Of a stretch of 64,000 bases of DNA, positions 24,201 through 34,600 are shown in pieces (the first letter of the stretch is position 1; every line of letters starts with the position of its first letter). This stretch comes from Lytechinus pictus (taxonomy: Eukaryota). Position numbers and translations under genes: made by a program. The stretch spans positions 9,364,001-9,428,000 of the forward strand of contig NC_087250.1 in the NCBI RefSeq assembly GCF_037042905.1, in the 5' to 3' direction. The notes under the pieces are model-generated. The model searched no databases. It saw only the letters and a list, made by a program, of their open reading frames with translations, and was not told where the DNA came from.

Positions 24201-25325
24201 TGTCCAGTTCCCCAAAATTAGGACTGACCATGCACTGACCGATTTCGTGTCCCAATCTACCGAGTACCCATTTACTACACATGGGCGGAGAGTGGAAAAT
24301 GTAGATAAACGCCTCGCCAAAGGACGCGAGTGCTGCGGTGGAATTAATTTTTGCCTCGGACATTGTGCTTTAAAGTCCAGAGACTATATATTTCTATATA
24401 ACAAAATATATATGACCTATCAGTCACCCCCAAACCAACAATAAGATTAGCCAAAATAGTTTTCAGAAAATAAAAATGATAGAATTATCTAATATTTGAA
24501 AGAATAGTTATCCTCTTACTGTCAACAATTAAACTTCTAATGTTAAGTTTTAAAAAAACCGAGATAAAAGATATTTGACTATTCTTGTTCCTGACTGCTT
24601 GGAATTTCCAAGGAGATTTGTACATTGTGCACATATCACGCTTTAGTGAACTCCAAGCCTTGTTGTCTCTTTGTAAAGCTCTCACCGAGTTTCTTTTCCA
24701 TTCGATGAAGTAGTTGAAGGGATTATTTTTTGATCAATTTTGAAAATACATAATTTTAAAGAAATATATTATATCAGTTTAAATAAAAATCTTAAAATTC
24801 ATTTTGGGCGACCATTGTGTATTTTGGGGTGTCAGGTCACACACTTTTGTACTCTTTTAAAACTGGATCGCATGAATGAAATGATATGAAAAGTAGTTTG
24901 GTCTGTGGAATAGTACCATCTAAAATAGTATTGTTGTATTTCCGAGTTTACTTATCTCTATCAGGGTTATGTCTCCCCATTTCTCGACTTTTTTTCTCCC
25001 TCTCTCACCACCCCTCCCCCTCTCTCTCTCTTTATCTCTCTCTCTCTAACTATCCTTCTCTCCCTCACTTTCACTCTTATATGCCTCCTCCTTCTTCATG
25101 TTCTTCCTGTAATGTATACATTACCTTCTATTTCATCAGTTGCGTTTCGTGCGGATTCGTTCAACGAAGCTCACCGTGGACGTCCTCAATCGTCTCTCCG
25201 ATGTCCGGAACTCCTTCAAACATCTCAAGCCGCTGTCGCTTCAAAACCTGTATCGTAGGCCAATCAAGCACGGATGCATCATGCAACCAGGTTCATCCGA
25301 CCCCGTACTTGGCCAGTGGGACTGA
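9702..25325 (+). CDS. NLR-family gene (Death - disordered linker - Death - NACHT - atypical LRR-like region), 11 coding exons, 1899 aa
   Basis: Exons 9702-9978, 10691-12523, 13502-13810, 14460-16000, 16571-16795, 17711-18115, 18645-18808, 20488-20764, 21412-21521, 23775-24147, 25140-25325. All introns are GT-AG, phases match (1,1,1,0,0,0,2,0,2,0), total is 5700 nt ending in TGA. Walker A GPSGIGKS and Walker B VVLDGLDE are present. Confidence 0.88.
10159..10338. mobile_element. MITE family C (ggggtgtttcataaagct TIR)
   Basis: Palindromic element with copies at 13847 and 39436. Confidence 0.8.
10691..12523 (+). CDS. NLR coding exon 2: 611-codon low-complexity S/T/P/E/D-rich linker
   Basis: 1.8-kb uninterrupted ORF bounded by tttcaag acceptor and GTATGC donor, phase 1-1. 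Confidence 0.85.
13502..13810 (+). CDS. NLR coding exon 3: second Death-fold domain
   Basis: LSEDILRALAGDI...LQALGLELGF...TLDMLQTWQ...LKHALRRTGL. Donor GTGAGA at 13811, phase 1-1. Confidence 0.85.
13847..14026. mobile_element. MITE family C
   Basis: gtgtttcataaagct ... agctttatgaaacac TIRs. Confidence 0.75.
14460..16000 (+). CDS. NLR coding exon 4: NACHT NTPase with HD1/winged-helix/HD2 region
   Basis: Walker A GPSGIGKS (14723-14746), Walker B DGLDE (14969-14983), TPLFCIIAC and FYHRNAQVHCAARYL motifs. Donor at 16001. An alternative in-phase acceptor would start the exon at 14469. Confidence 0.95.
16571..16795 (+). CDS. NLR coding exon 5 (LRR-like)
   Basis: ctctttatag acceptor, GTAAGC donor, phase 0-0. 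IRGLKIQGS...LLKLEFADL. Confidence 0.75.
16925..17090 (-). mobile_element. tRNA-derived SINE
   Basis: Minus-strand tRNA-like head (A box gagtggtttaagg, B box ggttcgatcc) followed by a non-tRNA body. Confidence 0.65.
17711..18115 (+). CDS. NLR coding exon 6 (LRR-like)
   Basis: LRIVDLSDCSLS and IELMSVKNSTI resemble LxxLxLxxC/NxL. Phase 0-0. Confidence 0.8.
18164..18320. repeat. (TAC)n microsatellite
   Basis: Imperfect trinucleotide run. Confidence 0.9.
18645..18808 (+). CDS. NLR coding exon 7 (LRR-like)
   Basis: ttccag acceptor, GTACGT donor. VRKLCISGTRFS...LEVIATEGTNI, phase 0-2. Confidence 0.75.
18902..19208. mobile_element. MITE family D (GGCCCGTATTCTGAA TIR, 3-bp TSD, PIF/Harbinger-like)
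   Basis: TIRs with AGT duplicated on both sides. Confidence 0.85.
19483..20133. repeat. Local tandem duplication (~250 bp units at 19483-19735 and 19892-20133) separated by a Penelope-like fragment
   Basis: aagaatataagacgtccaacttgtactgagtatc and gattgcaaatggaatt..ggcagttggattg each occur twice. Confidence 0.8.
20176..20468. mobile_element. MITE family D
   Basis: TIRs with TAT TSD. Confidence 0.9.
20488..20764 (+). CDS. NLR coding exon 8
   Basis: ttttcctttttag acceptor, GTAATT donor, phase 2-0. ...IDLSNVSSASIEILKMIPPSFKQK. Confidence 0.78.
21412..21521 (+). CDS. NLR coding exon 9 (not in ORF track)
   Basis: MHFARIKNCTLTDELSHQLSQALQSMIELEMCLSEN. Donor GTCAGT, phase 0-2, needed to keep frame between exons 8 and 10. 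Confidence 0.72.
21543..21850. mobile_element. MITE family D (diverged)
   Basis: gacccgtattct ... agaaaacgggtc. Confidence 0.8.
22342..22612. mobile_element. MITE family D (diverged)
   Basis: ggcccgtattctgag start, body homologous to other copies. Confidence 0.75.
22769..23173. mobile_element. MITE family E (ggccaccgcacaccttacga TIR)
   Basis: TIRs, and a highly similar copy at 43872-44264. Confidence 0.88.
23775..24147 (+). CDS. NLR coding exon 10
   Basis: tttctatcatag acceptor, GTATGT donor, phase 2-0. LEELHLTF followed by a P/S/T-rich insert and RIYEEI. Confidence 0.8.
25140..25325 (+). CDS. NLR terminal coding exon 11
   Basis: tttcatcag acceptor, phase 0. LRFVRIRSTKLTVDVL...GQWD then TGA. 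AATAAA at 25788. Confidence 0.75.
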   Translation: MRFVRIRSTKLTVDVLNRLSDVRNSFKHLKPLSLQNLYRRPIKHGCIMQPGSSDPVLGQWD

Positions 25326-25742
25326 AAAGTACCCAATTTGAAATCGAGAGGAATCTACAAAAGAACACTTCTCTCTGAAGTCCGGAGCTCCTTCAAACAT
25401 CTCAACCTGCTGTCGCTTCCGAACCTGTATCGCAGGCTAATCAAGTACGGATGTATACTGAAACCAGGCTCATGTGACCCTTCACCTGGCCAGTGGGACG
25501 GACCACAGGAATCCCCTCTCAATCCAAAATGAAATTAAGAGGAATCCGCAAAAGACCACTTCTCTCTGAAGTCCGGCGGAACTCCTTCTAACATCTCAAA
25601 GTGCTATCGCTTGAGAACCTGCATCGCAGGCCAATCAAGTAGGGATACTGTTATCAGGCTCGTCCGACCCTATCCTTTGCCAATGGGACCTAAAAAGAAC
25701 CCCCACCCTCTCCATCCATATGAAATTAAGAGAAATCTACAC
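25194..25742 (+). repeat. Three tandem ~180-190 bp copies of the NLR coding 3' end
   Basis: Units start at 25194, 25371 and 25562 (ctctc.ga.gtccgg..ctccttc.aacatctcaa). Confidence 0.9.
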
Positions 25743-25787
25743 TTTGCAGGCTCGTTCGATACGAAACGTAAGAGTCGCAGAGAACAG

Positions 25788-25793
25788 AATAAA
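25788..25793 (+). terminator. Candidate polyadenylation signal of the NLR gene
   Basis: AATAAA about 460 nt after the stop codon. Confidence 0.4.
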
Positions 25794-28567
25794 AAATGAA
25801 CATTGCCTTTCAGACTATTATTATCATTATTTATGGCAGTCTTGGTGAATTTAAGATGGGCTCGTGAAAAATTTCGTTCTCTGTGATAAGGGCGGCAACC
25901 TCCAATTCTTGTTTCGCAAAGTGAAAACACCACATTCGCAGCGTTAGGTTACGCCACCAGTCTGAACACATGAAAGATTAATTTACACGAAAATACCCGG
26001 ATAGCCGGACTCTAACCCCGGATTACAATGTGAGAGACCGAAACCTCGGCCTCTCGGCCATTTCTTTTTTCGCTTTCATTTTATGAGACTTCTATATAAA
26101 TACTTGTACAGTGTTTTTTTTTTTTTTTTTTTTAATATCACTTAATATTTGAAATCGTGGATAAACTTATTATAGAACATAGTCGTGTACATACGGATAT
26201 AGCGAATAGCCGTTTTGGTATCATGGGTTCTGCAGCACGATCGATGGTTTGTAAACTTAATCGGAAATGTATATACACACCAATCAAAATCGTTACTGAT
26301 TTCGAAGTGATCAGAAATATTTGAGTCTCATGGGCGTCTAAATTGGCCAAACTCTGGTTTTCGTATTCATGTATATTATCACATTGTATTGATAACAAAT
26401 GGTTTATATAGGATCGATTTGCCGTTTTGTAACCACGTACAATTTAAATGTAAAATAATTTCATGTAATGATAATTTTGTGGAAGACGCAGTTTCTTTCT
26501 AAAATGGCTGATAAGCACTCGTATTTATCTGAACACGAAACGCTTTTGAATTTAAGACAATGCTATTTGAATATTTAACCCCCCAAAATATTATTTTTAA
26601 CCAAATATTTTACCAAGTAATGAATTAAATTCACCTTGTTGAGTAAATTTACATTTTTTTCGTTTAATTTCCATTCAGGCTATACCCATGTTAGCTTATA
26701 CTAATAGTCTAACAATACTGAGTCGATGTCGATAAGCTGAACTGTTTCTGAACTTGTTTTTATTTGACAAAGAATAAGTTTTTAATTAGACCAGCTGGGC
26801 AATAAAAGGAAAAAATTACACTATTTGACCAAGTGTACTTTAATCAAACGGCAATTGGGCCCATTTTATATTAGATCAAATGGTTTTGCCATGTAACATG
26901 TATGATGGCATAATACAATTTGATAAATACACAATCTTCTTTTCGAAAATGTTAATAAGAAACTATAATTTCTTGTTATAAATTGAATTCGTTTGAAAGT
27001 ATAAGCGTTGCTTCAGCGTTTAAAATGAATTTTATATCCAGAATTCATATATGTTTATTCCATTCATGTAAAATTATTAACGATGAAATAAAATTGTTAA
27101 AAGGCGTAAGGTGTATTCATATTGGATTACCCAGGGTAGTTTATCATAAAACATATTGTGACTGTATAATCAAACAAAATTGTGGATTCGGCCAATCAGA
27201 TACAAGGAATCACCAGTGAATATTATTTCAACAACTATACTGCTTCATAGATCATTATAGAATGGGTATCATGCATGTTATTACCGACGCATGGCCAGTC
27301 ATGCATTCGGTAAATTTGCCATGCGTCCGGTATTTACTGATGCAGGGCAGATTTACCGGATGCTTGGCCCATGCGTCGGTAAACACATGTGCATGGTTGA
27401 AACAAACAAAAAATCACAAGAAATCCACCATTCTATAAAACAAAAGATACACAGGTTGTTAGTGCATCGGTCAAACTAGTGAGAATACAGTGACTATGGA
27501 AACTAATCCAAACCCCCTCGGCTGCGCCTCGTGGTTTTAACAGTTCCATAATTCATACCTTATGCTCACGAAACCTACAGATGCACTCACATCTGTGCAT
27601 CATTTGTATACTGTGTCCCACACTGTATTCACAATTTGTTTTTTTTACAATGGGATCAGCTTGTCATTTCTATATACTCTATGCAGAGGCAAATTTACTC
27701 CAAAAGCAATGTTTGTTGGTAATAAAAACAAAAACGAAACGTGTAATATTGTCTTTGCTTTGTGTTTATTTGTGTTAGTATTTATCTTTCCATATCACAA
27801 TAAGTCAATAATATATGCATGTAAATATCCGTAAAACGATGGTATGTTTAAAGACCGTGAACATCTACTCAGCATAAGTAGAAATCACTTAGTAATGTAA
27901 TTCAATAAGTCATTTGAAAAAAAAAAAACATTTTTTTTTTCCAGCAGAAAGGAAAATAATATCACTCGCTCTTATCAAAGATACAAGCTAAACAGTAACA
28001 TTAATAAAGTTTAGAATAGTACAAGAAATGCTTATAAGGAAAATATCAGAAAATATGTATTCAAGAAGCCTGCTGACAAAAAGAATAGATAATATGTGAA
28101 CGATTCTAACATTAGAGATTGAACAAAAAAGAGCCAAAATGTTAGGGAAAGCCAACAGAGATACGATCAAATCGATATCCATAAAACGGGGGGAAGGGGA
28201 GGGGACTCAATCACCGATTTGAAATACGTTAATATACCATCGATAAAGAAAACGTCAGTATCAAAAATACGTCATCGTATTATTTCATGGTATTATAATG
28301 ATTTGTCCGTTGTGTTATCATCGATGCTTTGAGGGAACACACTAATTGCGATTTAATTTTTCCTACATCAAATCAATGGTTGAAAACGACAAAATTAAAA
28401 CGTTCTTGACCATGTTCAACTAAATTACAATTTGTTTTATATTTAGTGGCGCTAGATGCATCTGTAACCCATCAATACATAGTTTTGTTTTATCCTTTGA
28501 AAATAATTATTCTGATTCGATGTCAAACTCGGATAGAGGTAAATGTCTTCATTCTTTCGGGTCCGTT

Positions 28568-28639
28568 TTAGATCCCTTCCTCGGCGGCCTCCAGGCTTGC
28601 AAGCAACTCTGCAGCTCGACTCAGCAGTTCTGCTTTATC
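28568..28639 (-). CDS. SRCR gene terminal exon
   Basis: Acceptor ttttcttttattcccag. DKAELLSRAAELLASLEAAEEGI then TAA, a GC-rich island in AT-rich DNA, phase 0. Confidence 0.72.
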   Translation of the reverse strand, partial: DKAELLSRAAELLASLEAAEEGI

Positions 28640-31600
28640 CTGGGAATAAAAGAAAATCAGACAGTAAAAGATTAACTTTAAAATTTGTGCAATATACAGA
28701 ATATTATTAAAATATTTTCGCATATATCAAAGCATGTATCCGGTCATTCAGTATTCATAATGACAACACTTGGCTGGATGTCTCTCGAAGAAAGGAGGCG
28801 AAATCACCGAATCATCAACTTATATAAGATCATCCATGGAGAAACTCAACTTGACTTAAATAAATATGCCACAAGAAAAATAACAAGACTAAGAAGATCC
28901 CATGATGAACTGTATGACGTCACTTCAAAGTTCATCACAACTACTCAACTGGCTAATTCCTTCTTCCCTGAAGCAATCTCCCACTGGAATAATCTCACAG
29001 CTGATATGGTATCCTCCAAAAGCACTGACATACTTAAAGCAAAACTAAACACGCAAAACCTGCAACAAAACAAAACAGAGTAATAATACTCCCACTCTCG
29101 TCAGCCCTGAGTTACCCTTCGGCTGGTGGAGGACTTCAGGGATTGAAACTACAAGGTACAAGGTATGAAGTCTGTTCTTTTTTACACCCTGTAAGGTCCA
29201 GAGCGTAATATCGACTATCCTTCATACAACCTTTTGAGTTTACTGTATAGCTGAAATTTAAGATAAGTTATGTATATAAACCCTGGCTTATAAGTTTACA
29301 TAGGTACTGCTTATAACATATTATGTGTTATAATCTTATTTTCTGCCCTTTTTTATTATTTTTTTTTTCTTGTAAATGTGATTATTTGTATTTTTTAATC
29401 TCATTGAATAACTGTAAATATTGTAATTTGATCTGATTATTAATAAAAACATAAATACAAAAAAAATATTTTCGCATAGGGGCATTTTCACCACAGATGG
29501 ACACAGAGGCAAAAAAATCAAGTTGATATTCATGTCAAATGCTTTATGTTTTTTAATAAAACGCGACCTGAAGTTTCTGAGACAAAAATTTTTTCCGACT
29601 CTGGCAGCCATTTTTTATTTCAAAATGGCTGCCAAAGTATGGATACAAATTAGTGTTGAAAATAGTATATTGATACATATTTTGTTTTGACAGATTTTTA
29701 AAGAACAGGTTTGATCATGTTGTTTTCGCCTGTGATTTAGCTTGCTATTATAACACTTTTTAAAATCCCACAGAAAGAAACACCAGTAATTCATTCATCT
29801 GATAAAAAAAATTGATGAAGTATGTGATATGGTATGTAATGTCGGTTACCGAAAACATGAACTTTTTTTCTCATTTCCTGGAAAAGAAGATATATTATAT
29901 GAAACTTGGTAGATTTCCTCTCTAGGTAACACCCCTCCCTTCTACACCAAAATTAAAGATAACCAATTAACAATGAAGCCATAGGGTACCATTAAATATC
30001 TGTAATGTCAGTTACCAAGTAGAAAATGTAATGTCAGTTACCGAGATGTAATGTCAGTTACCATGATAAAACGTTGGTTACCAATATTGAAATGCAAATA
30101 TGTGGTCAATTTTATGGTGAAGAAATATTGTATACTTCTTTCACTTTAAAAGTCACACCAGAAGGAGCTTGCTATTGACTTTTAAAAGGTATAGTTCACA
30201 AGGAATACTATATGAAATTATGAAGGAAGTTGCATTCCCATCATGCAAAAAAAAATTACTATGAAATTGTTTTGTACATGCACTTACCAAGTACCTACAT
30301 GTACAGTAATTGTTTGTAATTTTGTATCAGACAATTTTTTGTTTGGTTTTCGAGGGGGGGGGGGGTAGGGGTACTTTTCCCAACCTATTGCCTAAATCTG
30401 CAACATTTTTTAAGCTTAACATTGTGATGAAGGGGATTTCCAGGGTCCCTTTTTTAGTTTCTAGGATTCTTTTGAGCATTGCCTCGCTAAAAGTGATACA
30501 ATTTTGTTTTTGGTTTACAAGTATAGATGAAAAGTGAAATTTGACAGTTCTGATCAATGTTGCATGGATCTATTAAAACTGTTTTTTTTTCTAATTTACA
30601 AATAGTTTAGTTTCAGTTTAGAAGCTGGAGTTTATTTTTTGTTGACAGCTTAAAAAAGAAATTAGCAAAGAAAATGATTTAAAAAATTATGAAGAGAATT
30701 GAAATCCAACAGATATGAACAAGCATTGCTTGCACTGACCAGAATAGAAATCAATAAAACCAAGCTCCTTGATAAAACTACATGGCTGCATGAGATTCGG
30801 GGGAGGGGTACGTGTAGCATAGGGGAGGAGACCCTTATTCATTTTGCCTTTTTTGAGGGGAGGGGGAGTTTGGAGAAGGATAAGGTTTAAAAAGTCATTA
30901 TAAAACTGATGAATATATTATGGGTGTATAGTCAGAAAAATCCATGTGTACAGTCAATGCAATATTAAATTACTATAGGAAAACATGTAGCTGCTATGAC
31001 CCAACCCCCCCCCCCCCCCAGTAAGTAAAACATACATTTCTTATCTTTTGATAATTAAAAATGTTAAGTATTATGAAACTTTTATGATTTTAAAAAGCCT
31101 TACATATATTTAAGTACCAAGAAAATTATGCCTTTGAAAATCATATAGCACTGGTAAATGTTAATGTGTATTGTCAGTTACCGACAAGTAATGATAAAAA
31201 TGTTCAAATCAAAGAAAGGAATTAAGAAAAAGAAAAAGTTTTTTCATAGAAATGGTCCTAGAAACTCGGGTATACTTCCACATCAAGCTCACTTTCATGT
31301 GAAGCCCTGCACAGAAGATACAATGCAATGATTCCACACATTTGACTTCCATGTGTTATCTCTATGGCAAATTAAGTGTGATGTCAGTTACCGTAATGTC
31401 AGTTACCAGCATGGTTGTGGAAAAATTATCATAGCCCCCAAAATACAAAAACGAATTGTTTGATATTTTGACACATCTTAACCTAGTAACAGAGGTATTT
31501 TCACATATTCAAATTATTACTCTATCTACTCAGGGACATGAGATATTTCAATTTTAATGAACACCCTGAAATTGCATGTCCTTTTGCGTAATGTCAGTTA

Positions 31601-34600
31601 CCGACACATTTTTGCTTGCTGATGCGTAAAAAAATGTGGTTACATAGGAAAACTTAGTATCGGAGTATACTGCAAGGTTCACTTTATTAACTCTATCAAA
31701 AGCAAACTCCCATCATTTGTTGTTTTAGAGATACACACAATGAAAGGTGTGAAAACATTGTGCCGTGTAATGTCAGTTACCGTGAAAATGCCCATAGGGT
31801 TACATTACCAATTTTAAACACTGAATTGTTATAAACACAAATATCAAGAACTTGAAATATATCAAGTTTCATATGTTAGAAATACAAAATACATAGAACA
31901 TTAAGTAGTTACAAGGCATATCATAATCTACATGATAAGCATAATTCAAGCATAGACAATACAGATATACATGTACATACACATTGTTGAGATTTATTAT
32001 CAATTATATTAGATTTATATGGTTACGGAGGGGAAGGGGAAAGAGAGCAAAATGTGTATATTATGTGAAGCTTATCACCATTATTATTATCATTATTCTT
32101 ATTATCACTATTATTATCGTTATGAACACTTAAATTACATCCTAGGAATTGATATCTCTTTTTTATATACAAGTTATAAAAAAAGAGGTTAGCAAGTGCC
32201 ACTTTTATTATAATTATTACTATTATCATTGTTATCATTACTATTTTTATTATTATCATTGTTTTATTCATTCATTTATTTTAGTACACAGCAAAAACTA
32301 CGGTGTTAACCGGTGTACATAGAGGACCACACCGGTTGTTTTACACCGGTGTTAAATTTACAGTGTTAGTTTAACACCTATAGGTGTTATTACAACACCT
32401 TTGGTTGTTACATTTACACTCTATGGTGTTATGTCCAATTCCTAGGGTGTAATTTCAACACCTCAGGGTGTGGTCCTATATTAACACCAACTGGTGTCAG
32501 TTTTAACACCACAGTTTTTACAGTGTAGGCACTTACCATGTCGTCTCCCATGGATAGCTCCTTCTTTGCTGGGCCAGGTGCTAAATAGAAAATAAAATAA
32601 AAGGGAACATCAGTTATTCTTGAATGTGTTGTCGTATTGACCGTTGCTTGCTCATTCGTCATATTAAAAAAAGAAATCACAGGAATTGGCCCTTTATGAC
32701 CCTACCATGTTTGCGAGTAGGGCAATATCTGATGTCGTTTTGATTTGGACTCGATGATGAGCATAATCAAAATAATTTTAAGAATAGAAATAACAAATAA
32801 AATAAATCAACATTAACCCAACATGGCACTCTATTGCAACCCTATCCCTGACCCTACATGTATATCTAAGACGAAATGAAGCCTGGATCAATTGTCGCCG
32901 GAGCAAATGTGTCACAAATTTGATTTGATTTGATTTATTTATTTCGGTTTCACAATTGTACATAATATGATAAACATAACATAACAAGGTCGAAAATACT
33001 ACAAGACAAAATATAATATGTATAACATAATAATATATTTTAGGAACACAATTCAGTATTAAAATAAAGATATCTCAAATGACATTTGTATTTAAAAGTA
33101 AAACGGAGGGACTTGCCGAAAAAAAGCAAAGCTAGTACAAGAGACAAGCCCCTATCTTAGTTACATTACAAAATTACAACAAATAGATATTGGGTCTTAA
33201 TAATAATTTTGTTTAAAAATAAATACAAAGAGGGGGTCACTTCCATTGACGAGTGGATACCATGACCGACCATGGGGTCTCGAAAAGCACCCTAAAGAAG
33301 TACTTTCCATATTCTGAAAATGCACCCCTTAACAAGTATTGGCGTGTGAAACCCTATCCTTAACAAGTATTGGAAACAAAACGATACCCTTGGCAGGTAT
33401 TCCCTGAATTGAACCCCTAAAGAAGTACAGCGATATTTTAGTTATGTCACGGACGTCGGTTTTACCTTTACCTACATCATTGGGTATACGGCGCAACCTC
33501 CCACACCTCGCGCAAATCGGACTCTTAACACGTAGTGTTGACGGGGCAAAAAGTACATCCTTTATTAATCATTTTAGTCTTTTTTATACTCTCGCAAGTT
33601 TGACACGTAGCTTTCCTAGCGAAAATAGATACCCTTTCTTCAATAGTTGTGTTTTTGACACCCTTATTACGTTACGTACGTAACGTGCCCTATCTGGAAA
33701 AAGCCATCCTTTTTACGTGTTTTTTGGTCGCGCATGGTATCCACTCGTCAAAGTAAGTGCCCCCCCCCCCCCCGGTGCTTTCATTGTGCTTATTTTGGAG
33801 TTTTCGCACAGGGTTGCAGAATAAACCATACAACGCAACAATTAAATACACTGAAAATGCAGGTCAAATTACAATAAAGTCTGTGTGGAGGGTTGGTGAA
33901 TCGAAACAGCAGTTTCGTCCGACGTTTCTGGCCTGACGAATATTGCAAACATGTCGTTGTCCAGAGTCATGGACGAAATTGTTGTTTTGATAATAATAAT
34001 AATAATAACTTAGTCTTATATCATGTATATAGCGCTTTTCATGAAATCCATAACAAAGCGCTTTACAACGTAGAAAATACGAAATATATAAACTAAAGTT
34101 AATTAGAAATCATATAACAATATTTTAAAACAATATCAAGGACACTGTAAATAGGGCTATGTTGAATATGCTTTCTTCATGAGATACGCCTTTAAATTGG
34201 ATCGAAACGGATGGAAGCTGGACGAGTATTCCAAAAACGTGGGGCAGAGCTTGGACAGGGACCTACTGGCCCGGGGGGGGGGCACTCGACCAAAAAAGTG
34301 GTAGGGTGTGCCGCGGGCGAGGCAAAAACGGGGGCCTTGGAGCGGGCTTATTGTAAAAAGGAGGGTCCTCGGAACGGGCTTCGGAACTACAAATGTTTGT
34401 GAAAACGGGGGTCCTCGGAACGGATCTCCGTATCTCTGTGAGTGCGTATGCATCCCTATGGAACGGGCAATCGTGCATGACGCAGCTAGCGCGACCTCCC
34501 CCGGGTGCGCTCGCGCTTAGGCGATGGTCGAAAAGCGCTCTACGGCCGCTTTTCACCAAAATTGCAGCTCCTTGTAGCAGATCAATGCGACCGGAACGGC

